DNA of 64,000 nt from Roseovarius sp. (GTDB lineage Bacteria; Pseudomonadota; Alphaproteobacteria; Rhodobacterales; Rhodobacteraceae): contig CP121311.1 in assembly GCA_043555235.1 (NCBI GenBank), forward strand, positions 1,128,857 to 1,192,856, written 5' to 3'. The notes under the pieces are model-generated. The model saw nothing but the letters and a program-made list of their open reading frames with translations. It was not told the DNA's origin and did no database searches. Both the position numbers and the translations under genes were made by a program. Positions 28,100 through 41,640 of the stretch are shown one piece after another; positions within the stretch are counted from its first letter, which is position 1, and the number at the start of each line of letters is the position of its first letter.

Positions 28100-29148
28100 T
28101 GTATCTTGCCTCCGACAATATCGGCCCAGCCCTGCCCGAGGTGATGGATGCGCTGGTGGCCGCCAATACCGGCCACGCCGCGCCCTATGGTGCCGATGAG
28201 GTGACCACGCGCGCCACGACCGCCCTGCGTGATCTGTTCGACGCACCCCAAGCGGCCGTGCATCTGGTGGCCACCGGCACGGCGGCGAATTGCCTTGCGC
28301 TGGCCACGCTAAGCCAGCCGTGGCAGGCCATCACCTGCACGCCGCTTGCCCATATCCTGGAGGATGAGTGCCACGCTCCGGAATTCTTCACCGGCGGCGC
28401 GCGGCTGAACCCCGTGGGACAGGCCGGCGACAAGATGACGGTTCTGGAACTCGACGCCGCGCTGTCCGCGCTGCCGCAGGGCGTTGTGCATGGCTCGCAA
28501 CGCGGGCCGGTCGCGCTGACATCGGTGACAGAACGCGGACAGGTCTACACGCTTGACGAGCTTGGCGCGCTTTGCGATGTGGCCAAGGCGCACGGGCTTG
28601 CAGTCCATCTGGATGGCGCGCGCTTTGCCAATGCGGTCGCGGCGCTTCGCTGTAGTCCGGCGCAGATGACCCATGAGCTGGGCATCGACGCGCTATCCTT
28701 TGGCGCCACGAAAAACGGGTGTCTCGGGGTCGAGGCGGTGATCTTTTTCGATCCCGCAAAGGCGTGGGAGCTGGACTTGCGTCGCAAGCGGGCCGGGCAC
28801 CTGTTCTCCAAGCACCGCTACCTTGCCGCCCAGATGGAAGCCTATGTGACAGGTGATCTTTGGCTGGATGCCGCGCGCCGGGCCAATGCAAAGGCGGCCA
28901 GCCTCGTGGCGGGGCTGCGCGAAGTGCCCGGTTTCACCCTTGTGGCAGAGCCGCAGGCCAACATGATCTTCGCCACCCTGCCCCGCGCAACGCATAAACG
29001 GCTTTTCGCTGCCGGGGCATATTATTACATATGGGAAGGAGATCTGGAGGGCGACGACCCCGACGAGCCTTTGTTGATGCGGCTGGTCTGTGACTGGTCG
29101 ATCCCCGAGGCCGATCTCGACAGCTTCATCGCGACCGCCAAGGGCTAA
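28099..29148 (+). CDS. Low-specificity L-threonine aldolase family
   Basis: ASDN, YGADE, HLDGARFAN, SFGATKNG (PLP Lys), LFSKHRY. Confidence 0.9.
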   Translation: MYLASDNIGPALPEVMDALVAANTGHAAPYGADEVTTRATTALRDLFDAPQAAVHLVATGTAANCLALATLSQPWQAITCTPLAHILEDECHAPEFFTGGARLNPVGQAGDKMTVLELDAALSALPQGVVHGSQRGPVALTSVTERGQVYTLDELGALCDVAKAHGLAVHLDGARFANAVAALRCSPAQMTHELGIDALSFGATKNGCLGVEAVIFFDPAKAWELDLRRKRAGHLFSKHRYLAAQMEAYVTGDLWLDAARRANAKAASLVAGLREVPGFTLVAEPQANMIFATLPRATHKRLFAAGAYYYIWEGDLEGDDPDEPLLMRLVCDWSIPEADLDSFIATAKG

Positions 29149-29304
29149 GTCCTGCACGCCTTTGGGCGAAAGGATCGAAAAACCATCATCGGCCCGCGCC
29201 ATCCGCCTTATCCCCCAAGGCATAGCTTTGCCACGGGGGGCACCCATGCTAAGCGGTGTCAACGTGACGAATCTGTCATGCTCGACCACCCCGGGGACCC
29301 CAAA

Positions 29305-30322
29305 ATGCCAAGCACACCAGAGCCCAAATTAATTGCCGGCAATGCAAACATGCCGCTGGCCCAGGCCATTACCCGGCGAATGTCGATGCATCGCGGAGTC
29401 ACGCTTGGCCTTGTGGATACAAGGGTGGAACGTTTCAACGATGGCGAAATCTTTGTCGAAGTGTTCGAGAACGTGCGCGGTGAGGATATGTTCATCATCC
29501 AGCCCACATCGAATCCCGCCAATGACAACCTCATGGAATTGCTGATCATGTCGGATGCGCTGAAACGGTCCTCGGCAAAGCGCATCACCGCCGTCATCCC
29601 CTATTTCGGCTATGCCCGGCAGGATCGCCGCACCAAGGCACGCACGCCCATTTCGGCAAAGCTGGTAGCCAACATGATCGTCGAGTCAGGGATCGAGCGC
29701 GTGCTGACCATGGACCTCCATGCGGCCCAGATCCAGGGCTTCTTTGATATTCCCGTCGACAACCTTTATGCTTCGCCTGTCTTCGCGCTGGATATCCAGA
29801 CCCAATTTCGTGATTTCATGGAACACGTCATGGTCGTCTCGCCCGATGTGGGCGGCGTGGCGCGGGCCCGTGAATTGGCCAAGCGGATCACCGCCCCGCT
29901 GGCCATCGTCGACAAGCGCCGCGAAAAGGTGGGCGAAGTGGCGGAAATGACAGTGATCGGCGATGTCAGCGACAAGATCTGCATCATCGTCGACGATATG
30001 TGCGACACCGCCGGCACGATGTGCAAGGCGGCACAATTGTTGATGGATAACGGCGCGCGCGAGGTTCATGCCTACACCACCCACGGGGTGCTATCCGGCC
30101 CCGCAGTAGAGCGGATCACCAACTCCGTTCTGAAATCCATGGTGATCACCGATACGATCGCCCCCACCGCGGCAGTGCAGGCCACACCCAATATCCGCAT
30201 CATCCCCACCGCACCCGGTCTTTGCGCAGGCGATTTTGAACATTTGGAACGGCACCTCGGTTTCGTCACTGTTTGAAACCCCGACGCTGGAACCGATCTA
30301 TGAAGGTCAGTTCGGCAGCTGA
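29305..30322 (+). CDS. prs: Ribose-phosphate pyrophosphokinase with an apparent +1 frameshift near 30214
   Basis: [36 protein letters not shown]; the family-type C-terminus [19 protein letters not shown] continues in another frame to TGA at 30320-30322. Confidence 0.93.
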
Positions 30323-30329
30323 CACATCG

Positions 30330-30355
30330 GGCTTGGGAGCCGTCTCTCCCAAGCC
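30330..30355. terminator. Hairpin between convergent prs and lectin genes
   Basis: GGCTTGGGAG-CCGTCT-CTCCCAAGCC, perfect 10-bp stem. Confidence 0.65.
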
Positions 30356-30374
30356 TGACAAAAGCCGCGTGGCC

Positions 30375-30725
30375 TCAATATAGCTCCCAGTCATCTTCGT
30401 GATGAACCGCACCAATCGCCATCCAGCGGATGCGCGCCCGTGCCACGCGCGTGTCCCCCCATGTCCGGAACACCACGTCGAACCCGTTGACGCCGATATT
30501 CTCTGCGCCCACATCGGCGCGCGCATTCGCGGCGCTGTCCATGTCCCACATCGACAGGCTTACATGGACGGCGGGCGGTTCCTTGAACGGTTTTGAAAAC
30601 GTCAACCGCTTGCGGCGCGCGCGCGATCCCTCGCCGGTCCACATGTCGCCGCCGTCTTCATAATCCGAAAAGAGGACATTATCCCCCTGTTCGATACCCA
30701 GTGCCTGATTGACGAGAAACTTCAT
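30375..30725 (-). CDS. H-type lectin domain protein
   Basis: MWTGEG, FSKPFKEPPAVHVSLSMWDMD, FRTWGDTRVAR, WMAIG. Confidence 0.88.
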   Translation of the reverse strand: MKFLVNQALGIEQGDNVLFSDYEDGGDMWTGEGSRARRKRLTFSKPFKEPPAVHVSLSMWDMDSAANARADVGAENIGVNGFDVVFRTWGDTRVARARIRWMAIGAVHHEDDWELY

Positions 30726-30784
30726 GGCTCATTTCTTACTGCCCGCAGGCTTCGTATAGGTCATTTCAGGCAAAATTGAGAACC

Positions 30785-30818
30785 AAAAAAGGAAAGGGCC
30801 CGGCAAAGCGGACCCTTT
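30785..30818 (-). terminator. Intrinsic terminator after atpC
   Basis: Minus strand AAAGGGTCCG-loop-CGGGCCCTTT followed by CCTTTTTT. Confidence 0.7.
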
Positions 30819-30841
30819 GGCAACCCTGCGCTGTACGAAGA

Positions 30842-31259
30842 TCAGTTCGAACGCAGTCCGATGTCGTCGCCCATCGCTACCATATCAGCCAAAAGCTTGG
30901 CCGCATCATCGACAGGTCCAGGCTCGTTCTGGAACGTTTCCTGCGCCTTTGTCAGCTTTGCCGTAGCTTCGTCGACCAGTTCCTTGAACTGCTCTTGGCT
31001 CAGTTCATCGCGCGGGATAGCACGCTCAGCCAAGACAGAGATTGAACCGGGGTTGATTTCGGCAAAGCCGCCGGTGACGGCATAGACTGTCTCACCCTGG
31101 GCGCCGCTGACCGTGACAAGGCCCGGCCGCAACGTGGTGATAAGCGGCGAATGGTCGGGCATCGCCGTAAGGTCACCCTCGGCACCGGGGATCTTGACCT
31201 CCCGCGCCTCTACCGACGCCAACAGGCGCTCGGGGCTTACCAGATCGAATTGCAATGTC

Positions 31260-31267
<8 letters not shown>
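30842..31267 (-). CDS. atpC: F1 ATP synthase epsilon subunit
   Basis: [29 protein letters not shown]. Confidence 0.96.
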
Positions 31268-32806
<1,539 letters not shown>

Positions 32807-33682
32807 TTAGAGCGCTTCCGCGCCCGAAATGATTTCAATAAGCTCGTTGGTGATCACGGCCTGACGCGAGCGGTTATACTCGATGGTCAGCTTGTCGATC
32901 ATCTCGCCAGCGTTGCGTGTCGCGTTGTCCATGGCCGACATCCGCGCACCCTGTTCGGAAGCGCCGTTTTCCAGCAGGCCGCTGAAGATCGCCATGGCCA
33001 CGCCGCGTGGCAGAAGATCGCGCAGGATCTCTTCCTCGCCCGGTTCGAAATCATAGAAGGTGTCGCTGTCATCCTCATCCGTCTCGGGAACGTCAAAAGG
33101 AATGACCTGCTGGATGGTGGGCTTCTGGGTCACCACGTTCTCGAATTCCGAGAAGAAGATCTTGGCGACGTCGAATTCCCCGTTATCGAACCGATCCAGC
33201 ACGTTTTTCGCGATCTTCTGCGCGTCGGCATAGCCGACATTGCGCACATCGCTCATGTCCACGTGATCAATGTAAAGATCCGCGTGGTCGCGCTTGAGCG
33301 CATCGCGCCCCTTCTTGCCAACAGTGAGGATCTTCACCGTCTTGCCTTCGGCTTTGAGCTTTTCGATCTCGATCCGCGCCAGGCGCGCGATGTTCGAGTT
33401 GAAGCCACCGCACAGCCCGCGTTCCGCGGTCATGACGACCAGCAGCTGAACGTCGTCCTTGCCGGTGCCCGACAACAGCCGGGGCGCGTTTTCCGCATCC
33501 CCGACCGACGCGGCCAGCTTGCTCATGACGGCGGTGAACCGCTCTGCATAGGGGCGGGCCATCTCGGCCGCGTCCTGTGCCCGCCGCAGTTTCGCGGCGG
33601 CCACCATCTGCATGGCCTTGGTGATCTTGCGGGTCGATTTGACCGACGCGATCCTGTTTTTTAGGTCCTTGAGATTCGGCAT
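32807..33682 (-). CDS. atpG: F1 ATP synthase gamma subunit
   Basis: [40 protein letters not shown]. Confidence 0.99.
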   Translation of the reverse strand: MPNLKDLKNRIASVKSTRKITKAMQMVAAAKLRRAQDAAEMARPYAERFTAVMSKLAASVGDAENAPRLLSGTGKDDVQLLVVMTAERGLCGGFNSNIARLARIEIEKLKAEGKTVKILTVGKKGRDALKRDHADLYIDHVDMSDVRNVGYADAQKIAKNVLDRFDNGEFDVAKIFFSEFENVVTQKPTIQQVIPFDVPETDEDDSDTFYDFEPGEEEILRDLLPRGVAMAIFSGLLENGASEQGARMSAMDNATRNAGEMIDKLTIEYNRSRQAVITNELIEIISGAEAL

Positions 33683-33697
33683 TGCCTCATCACCCCT

Positions 33698-35236
<1,539 letters not shown>

Positions 35237-35797
35237 TTATCCGACCTCTTTCATTGCATTCTGTAGGGAATCGAGGCGCGAACGGATCGAGGTATCGATC
35301 ATTTTCGAGCCCACCTTGACGACAAGACCGCCGATGAGACTTTCATCGACGGTCGCATTGATCTTCACATTCTTGCCCACGGCCTTCTTGAGCGTTTCGG
35401 CAAGGGCTTTGGACTGTGCCGCGGTTATCTTGACGGCGCTGGTCACGTCGGCGGTGATCTCGCCCTTGTCCTCGGCGATCATATCGCGCAGCTGGCGCAC
35501 CAGGTGCGGCAACACGAAAAGCCGACGCTTGGCAGCCATCAGTGCCAAACCGTTCTTGAGGTCAGGCACAAGACCCATCTTTTCCGCAACGGCCGTGATG
35601 GCAGATTGCTGTTCGTCGCGGCTGACCACCGGGCTGGCGATCAGGTCGCGCAGATCGGCGCTGTCATCAAGGGCTGCGGAAAGATCGGTCAGGTTGTCTT
35701 CGAGCTTGCCAAGGGTCTTGGCATCCTTGCTGAGCTCAAAAATCGCGGTGGCATAGCGGTCTGCAATGCCGGTAGAGATCGAAGCTGGTTCTGACAC
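35237..35797 (-). CDS. atpH: F1 ATP synthase delta subunit
   Basis: [30 protein letters not shown]; GTG start. Confidence 0.96.
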   Translation of the reverse strand: MSEPASISTGIADRYATAIFELSKDAKTLGKLEDNLTDLSAALDDSADLRDLIASPVVSRDEQQSAITAVAEKMGLVPDLKNGLALMAAKRRLFVLPHLVRQLRDMIAEDKGEITADVTSAVKITAAQSKALAETLKKAVGKNVKINATVDESLIGGLVVKVGSKMIDTSIRSRLDSLQNAMKEVG

Positions 35798-36245
35798 GTC
35801 CACCCTTCCGGTTATCTGTCCCCCGTGTGCAAGAAAGACGGCACAAGGGCCGCCTGACACGAGGAGTTACATGATGGTGATCGCAAAATCACCGGAATTC
35901 GGCGTGGGTGTAGCAGAGCCTTCACAGTCGGGCAAGCCGCTTGAAGCCTGCATAGACCAAAGGATATATCGGAATTTCAAGGCCTTAGCCGAACTGCGAC
36001 TCAAAGCGCAAAATTACCGCATTGAAAAAACGACTGTTTTTGGCAGGAAATCGTGATTCCCCATGCCGCAACTGCACAATCACCGGTCAAGACCCCGGCC
36101 CATCACGTTACCGCTACCATGGCCGCAAGCGCCCGGGACGCGCACGACTCGCTGGCGAATTTTGCAAAATCCCAGTCCGTTTTCTTGGCAGGAGACCGCC
36201 ACGCCACGCTTTGCATTTGCCACGTTGTGGGGCATGGGTGGGATC

Positions 36246-36602
36246 ATGCTGCGCCCTGCCCTCTTTGCCACGGTACTGATCGCGCTTGCCATCGCGTATG
36301 GAACGCTTTCGCCACCGGGGCCGCCGGGCCCGGCATGGATATTGACCGACAAGCAAATCCACGCGCTGGCCTTTGCCCTATTGATGCTGCCTGTCGCGCT
36401 GACCAATCCGCGCTTCGCCCTGCGTCTTGCGCCGGTCCTGTTTGTCTATGGCGGCGCGATCGAACTGATCCAGCCAAGTTTCGGGCGCGGTGCGGAGTGG
36501 GGCGATCTTCTGGCGGATGGTATCGGGATCGTAGCCGGGCTTTCGTCAGGATGGGCAGTCAGACGGGCTTTCACGCGCGGCAAGCGGGGCAAGCGCGTCT
36601 GA
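36246..36602 (+). CDS. VanZ-like membrane protein
   Basis: TDKQIHALAF, GGAIELIQP, GRGAEWGDLLAD. Confidence 0.85.
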   Translation: MLRPALFATVLIALAIAYGTLSPPGPPGPAWILTDKQIHALAFALLMLPVALTNPRFALRLAPVLFVYGGAIELIQPSFGRGAEWGDLLADGIGIVAGLSSGWAVRRAFTRGKRGKRV

Positions 36603-36608
36603 TCAGCG

Positions 36609-37352
36609 TCACACCGGTTTGGCCGAGGGTTTGGGCTGCAACACGCCCAGGGGTTGCCGCACCGTGTCCTTGATGCCCGTGCCGCTGGTCGGCGCGTGAA
36701 CCCGCTTGCTTGCCTGGACGATCAGCACGCCGCCGGAAATCACCCAGGACAGGCACCCGCCCATGCCTTCGGACACGCCCGCCATCTTGCGCCAGAAGCG
36801 CCGCTCGGAGGGCATCTGGTACAGCGTTGTCACGTGCCGGTCGGGCATGAATCCGTGCGACTTGAGCTGCGTTTCAAGCTGCGTCTGGCTGTAGGGCCTG
36901 CCATAGCCAAAAGGCGTGCGATCCGAGCGCGACCAGAACCCGGCGCGGTTGGGCACGATGAACAGAACCGACCCGCCGGGCCCCAGCACGCGCCAGCATT
37001 CCTCCAGCAGATCACCGGGCCGGTCCGAGGTTTCCAGCCCATGCACAACAAGCAGCTTGTCGACATGGCCGGTTTCAAGCGGCCAGAAGGTTTCCTCGCA
37101 TAATACGCTGACATTGGGCAAATCCTGCGGCCAGCGGATCACGCCTTGCGGCGCGGGCATCAGCCCGACAACCCGCCGGCTGGTTTCAAGATAAGGCCGC
37201 AGGAACGGCACCGCAAAGCCGAAGCCCGCCACCGTCTGCCCCTTGGCCTCGGGCCAAAGCGCGCGGATTTCCTGGCGCAGCACCTTTTGTGCCGCCCGCC
37301 CAAGCGTGCTGCGATAATAGAAATTGCGCAGGTCCTGTACGTCGAGATGCAT
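36609..37352 (-). CDS. SAM-methyltransferase-like protein (type 11-like), divergent from gloB
   Basis: [37 protein letters not shown]. Confidence 0.88.
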   Translation of the reverse strand: MHLDVQDLRNFYYRSTLGRAAQKVLRQEIRALWPEAKGQTVAGFGFAVPFLRPYLETSRRVVGLMPAPQGVIRWPQDLPNVSVLCEETFWPLETGHVDKLLVVHGLETSDRPGDLLEECWRVLGPGGSVLFIVPNRAGFWSRSDRTPFGYGRPYSQTQLETQLKSHGFMPDRHVTTLYQMPSERRFWRKMAGVSEGMGGCLSWVISGGVLIVQASKRVHAPTSGTGIKDTVRQPLGVLQPKPSAKPV

Positions 37353-37413
37353 TGCAGCCCGGCCCATGTTCGGTCACTCTACATTAACTCTAACGGCGAA
37401 TTGGGAAAACACC

Positions 37414-38181
37414 ATGACCTTGCAGATCGAAACCGTGTCCTGCCTGTCCGACAACTACGCGTATCTTGCGCATGATCCCGAAAGTGGCGAGACAGCGGTG
37501 ATCGACGTGCCAGAGGCCGCACCGATCCTCAAGGCACTGGCAGACAAGGGCTGGACCGCGAATTACGTGCTGATCACCCATCATCACGCCGATCATGTTC
37601 AGGGTCTGGACGAGATCCTCGCACAGCACCCCGCACAGGTCGTGGGCCATGCCGCCGATGCCGCGCGCCTGCCTAAACTTGACATGGCACTGAACGAGGG
37701 CGACACCGTCAGCATCGGCAACGAGACCGGCACCGTGATCGACGTGTCGGGCCACACCATCGGGCATGTGGCGTTTCACTTTCCGCACAGCGCCGTTGCC
37801 TTTACCGCCGACAGCCTGATGGCGCTTGGCTGTGGCCGGGTGTTCGAGGGCACCATGCCGCAGATGTGGGCCAGCCTGCAAAAACTGGCCGCGCTGCCGC
37901 CCGAGACGACAATCTGCTCGGGACATGAATACACACAGGCCAATGCCAAATTCGCGCTGACCATTGACCCTGACAACCCGGCTCTTATTTCAAGAACCAA
38001 AGAGATCGAAGACGCCCGCGCCAAAGGACAGCCCACGGTCCCCTCGCAGCTTTCCGAAGAACTGTCGACCAATCCATTCTTGCGTGCCACGGATGCGGCC
38101 GTGCAGGCCAATCTTGGCATGACCGGGGCAGCACCAGCCGAGGTCTTTGCCGAAATCCGCACACGCAAGGATAATTTCTGA
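37414..38181 (+). CDS. gloB: Hydroxyacylglutathione hydrolase (glyoxalase II)
   Basis: THHHADHVQG, GHTIGH, GCGRVFEG, GHEYT, TNPFLR. Confidence 0.96.
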   Translation: MTLQIETVSCLSDNYAYLAHDPESGETAVIDVPEAAPILKALADKGWTANYVLITHHHADHVQGLDEILAQHPAQVVGHAADAARLPKLDMALNEGDTVSIGNETGTVIDVSGHTIGHVAFHFPHSAVAFTADSLMALGCGRVFEGTMPQMWASLQKLAALPPETTICSGHEYTQANAKFALTIDPDNPALISRTKEIEDARAKGQPTVPSQLSEELSTNPFLRATDAAVQANLGMTGAAPAEVFAEIRTRKDNF

Positions 38182-38332
38182 TCACACAAAATGAGCAATT
38201 ACAAGGGACAAGGATGAAAAGTGATCGGATGCGGCGAAAAAAACCTTGAAGGCCGGACAGGATCGACCAAACTTTAACCCCATAAGACAAAGGTAGAGGC
38301 ACACGCCGACGCCCAGAAAAAGGAGCACCACC

Positions 38333-40669
38333 GTGCCGTCATTCTCGAACACGCTGGAACAGGCAATCCACGCGGCCTTGGCACTGGCCAATGCCCGCCA
38401 GCACGAATTCGCCACGCTCGAACACCTGCTGCTCGCGCTGATCGACGAGCCTGATGCGACGCGCGTGCTCAAGGCATGCAGCGTCGACACAGAGGATCTG
38501 CGCACCACGCTTGTGGAATTCATCGACGACGACCTGTCCAATCTGGTCACGGATATCGACGGCTCCGAAGCGGTCCCGACGGCCGCGTTCCAGCGCGTGA
38601 TCCAGCGCGCCGCGATCCACGTGCAAAGTTCCGGCCGCACCGAGGTGACGGGCGCAAACGTGCTCGTCGCCATCTTTGCAGAGCGGGAATCGAACGCCGC
38701 CTATTTCCTGCAAGAACAGGATATGACCCGCTATGACGCGGTGAACTTTATCGCCCATGGCGTTGCCAAGGATCCGGCCTACGGCGAATCCCGCCCCGTG
38801 CAGGGTGCCGAGGAAGCCAGCAACAGCAATGGCAGCGGCGGCCAAAGTGAAAGCGATCAGGTCGAGAATGGCGAATCCGCGCTCGCCAAATATTGCGTCG
38901 ATCTGAATGAAAAGTCCCGCAAGGGCGATGTCGATCCGCTGATCGGCCGCGACAGCGAGGTAGAGCGCTGCATCCAGGTGCTGTGCCGCCGCCGCAAGAA
39001 CAACCCGCTTCTGGTGGGGGATCCCGGCGTCGGCAAGACTGCCATCGCCGAAGGGCTTGCCCACAAGATCGTCGGCGGCCAGACACCGCCGGTTCTGTCA
39101 AAGACCACGATCTTTTCGCTCGACATGGGCGCGCTTCTGGCAGGCACGCGGTATCGTGGCGATTTCGAAGAGCGGCTCAAGGCCGTGATGACCGAACTTG
39201 AGGAACATCCCGACGCGGTGTTGTTCATCGACGAAATCCACACGGTAATCGGGGCGGGTGCCACGTCCGGCGGGGCGATGGATGCCTCCAACCTGCTCAA
39301 GCCCGCGCTTCAGGGCGGCAAACTGCGCTGCATGGGCTCCACCACGTTCAAGGAGTTCCGCCAGCACTTTGAGAAAGACCGCGCGCTTGCACGCCGGTTC
39401 CAGAAGATCGACGTGGTCGAACCCACGGTCGATGACGCGGTCAAGATCCTCAAGGGTCTCAAGCCCTATTTTGAAGAGCATCATTCGGTAAAATACACCA
39501 ATGACGCCATCAAGTCGGCTGTGGATCTGTCCGCGCGCTACATCAATGACCGCAAGCTGCCCGACAAGGCTATCGACGTCATCGACGAAGCCGGTGCGGC
39601 GCAACATCTTGTTGCGGCCTCCAAGCGGCGCAAATCCATCGGGGCCAAGGAGATCGAGGCCGTCGTGGCCAAAATCGCGCGCATCCCGCCCAAGAACGTC
39701 TCGAAGGACGATGCAGAGGTCCTCAAAGATCTCGAAGCCTCGCTCAAGCGGGTCGTGTTCGGACAGGACATGGCAATCGAGGCGCTGGCGTCGGCGATCA
39801 AGCTATCGCGCGCCGGTCTGCGGGAGCCGGAAAAACCCATTGGCAACTACCTCTTTGCAGGCCCCACGGGCGTCGGCAAAACCGAAGTGGCCAAACAGCT
39901 GGCCGATACGCTGGGCGTGGAGCTTTTGCGGTTCGATATGTCCGAATACATGGAGAAACACGCGATCAGTCGCCTGATCGGCGCGCCTCCGGGTTATGTC
40001 GGCTTTGATCAGGGTGGTCTGCTGACCGATGGCGTGGATCAGCATCCGCATTGCGTGCTGCTGCTCGATGAAATCGAAAAGGCGCATCCGGACGTGTTCA
40101 ACATCCTGCTACAAGTCATGGATCACGGCAATCTGACCGACCATAACGGACGCACGGTGAATTTCCGCAACGTGGTTCTGATCATGACCTCTAACGCAGG
40201 CGCGACCGAACAGGCGAAATCCGCTATCGGTTTTGGCCGCGACCGCCGCGAGGGCGAGGATACCGCCGCGATCGAGCGGACCTTCACGCCGGAATTCCGC
40301 AACCGTCTGGACGCGGTGATCTCCTTTGCGCCGCTGCCGAAATCGGTCATCCTGTCCGTAGTCGAAAAGTTCGTGCTTCAGCTTGAGGCCCAGTTGATGG
40401 ATCGCAATGTGACCATCGAACTGACCAAACCCGCGGCCGAGTGGCTGGCAGACAAGGGCTATGACGACAAGATGGGCGCGCGCCCTCTGGGCCGTGTGAT
40501 TCAGGAGCACATCAAGAAACCGCTGGCCGAGGAGCTTCTCTTTGGCAAGCTGGCCAAGGGTGGTGTTGTCAAGGTCGGTGTGAAAGACGGCAAGATCGAC
40601 CTGCGTGTCGAAGGGCCGGACCATCCACGCCTGTCAGGCGGCAAGCCGCCCTTGCTGACCGCGGAATGA
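38333..40669 (+). CDS. clpA: ATP-dependent Clp protease ATP-binding subunit ClpA
   Basis: Two AAA+ modules (GDPGVGKT, GPTGVGKT), GAPPGYVGF; GTG start with AGGAG SD. Confidence 0.98.
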   Translation: MPSFSNTLEQAIHAALALANARQHEFATLEHLLLALIDEPDATRVLKACSVDTEDLRTTLVEFIDDDLSNLVTDIDGSEAVPTAAFQRVIQRAAIHVQSSGRTEVTGANVLVAIFAERESNAAYFLQEQDMTRYDAVNFIAHGVAKDPAYGESRPVQGAEEASNSNGSGGQSESDQVENGESALAKYCVDLNEKSRKGDVDPLIGRDSEVERCIQVLCRRRKNNPLLVGDPGVGKTAIAEGLAHKIVGGQTPPVLSKTTIFSLDMGALLAGTRYRGDFEERLKAVMTELEEHPDAVLFIDEIHTVIGAGATSGGAMDASNLLKPALQGGKLRCMGSTTFKEFRQHFEKDRALARRFQKIDVVEPTVDDAVKILKGLKPYFEEHHSVKYTNDAIKSAVDLSARYINDRKLPDKAIDVIDEAGAAQHLVAASKRRKSIGAKEIEAVVAKIARIPPKNVSKDDAEVLKDLEASLKRVVFGQDMAIEALASAIKLSRAGLREPEKPIGNYLFAGPTGVGKTEVAKQLADTLGVELLRFDMSEYMEKHAISRLIGAPPGYVGFDQGGLLTDGVDQHPHCVLLLDEIEKAHPDVFNILLQVMDHGNLTDHNGRTVNFRNVVLIMTSNAGATEQAKSAIGFGRDRREGEDTAAIERTFTPEFRNRLDAVISFAPLPKSVILSVVEKFVLQLEAQLMDRNVTIELTKPAAEWLADKGYDDKMGARPLGRVIQEHIKKPLAEELLFGKLAKGGVVKVGVKDGKIDLRVEGPDHPRLSGGKPPLLTAE

Positions 40670-41640
40670 TGAAACCCGTCGCCGGCGCGATCTTCGGGCT
40701 TATGCTCGCAGCGTCGGCGATGGCCGATCCCCCGATCCTGTCGCTGCCCATAGATTGTGACCTTGGCAAGACCTGTTATCTTGAAGACTACGTCGATCTT
40801 GATCCCGGCCCCGGCCAGCGGGACTACACCTGTGGCCTGAAATCCCGCGACGCACATCGGGGCACGGATATCCATTTGTTGTCCTTCGAGGCGATGAATG
40901 CCGGTGTCGATGTTCTGGCCGCGGCCCCCGGTCGTGTCGCCGCCTTGCGCGACGGGGTGCCCGACCGCGCCGTGACCGACGAAAATCGCGCCCTGATAGA
41001 AGGCCGCGAATGCGGGAACGCCGTGCGAATAGACCATGGCGAGGGCTGGCAGACGCTTTATTGTCACCTCAAGGAGGGTAGCGTTGCCGTAACCCAGGGG
41101 CAGCAGGTGGACACCGGCGATGTGCTTGGGGAGGTTGGCCTGAGCGGGCTGACGAACGCCCCACACATCCATCTCGGCGTACTCAAGGACGGCAACATCA
41201 TTGATCCGTTCCTGCCCGAGGCAAAAGACGGGGACTGTGGCGGTGCCGAGGACGGGCTTTGGCAGGACGCGCCCGGCTATGACCGTGCGGGCGTGTTCAC
41301 CGCCGCCTTTTCAACCGGGGTACCAGAGTTTGACGCGGTCAAATCCGGCGCGGCGCGTGTCACAGAGACGGCACCGGATGCGCCGCTTGTGCTTTATGGC
41401 CATGTTTTTTACGCTCAACCAGGCGACACTCTCACACTTTGGGCGAACGGGCCACAGGGCGAGGTTTTCCGCACCGTGATCCCGCTGGATGCACCGCAGG
41501 CGCAGCTTTTCCGCGCCTATGGCCGCCATGCGCCCGACGGTGGCTGGCCCGCAGGCGATTACCGTGGGTATGTGCGCCTTGACCGGGATGGACGGGTGAT
41601 CGCCAATCGCCACGCCGATATTTCAGTCACCGCTCGGTAA
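40666..41640 (+). CDS. M23 family metallopeptidase
   Basis: Signal peptide; HRGTD (HxxxD), YCHL, PHIH (HxH). Confidence 0.9.
   Translation: MMKPVAGAIFGLMLAASAMADPPILSLPIDCDLGKTCYLEDYVDLDPGPGQRDYTCGLKSRDAHRGTDIHLLSFEAMNAGVDVLAAAPGRVAALRDGVPDRAVTDENRALIEGRECGNAVRIDHGEGWQTLYCHLKEGSVAVTQGQQVDTGDVLGEVGLSGLTNAPHIHLGVLKDGNIIDPFLPEAKDGDCGGAEDGLWQDAPGYDRAGVFTAAFSTGVPEFDAVKSGAARVTETAPDAPLVLYGHVFYAQPGDTLTLWANGPQGEVFRTVIPLDAPQAQLFRAYGRHAPDGGWPAGDYRGYVRLDRDGRVIANRHADISVTAR

Noticed and set aside
38249-38286. CTTGAA...CCCCAT upstream of clpA as a sigma32 promoter
   Set aside because: Spacing of 27 nt is too long for the canonical promoter
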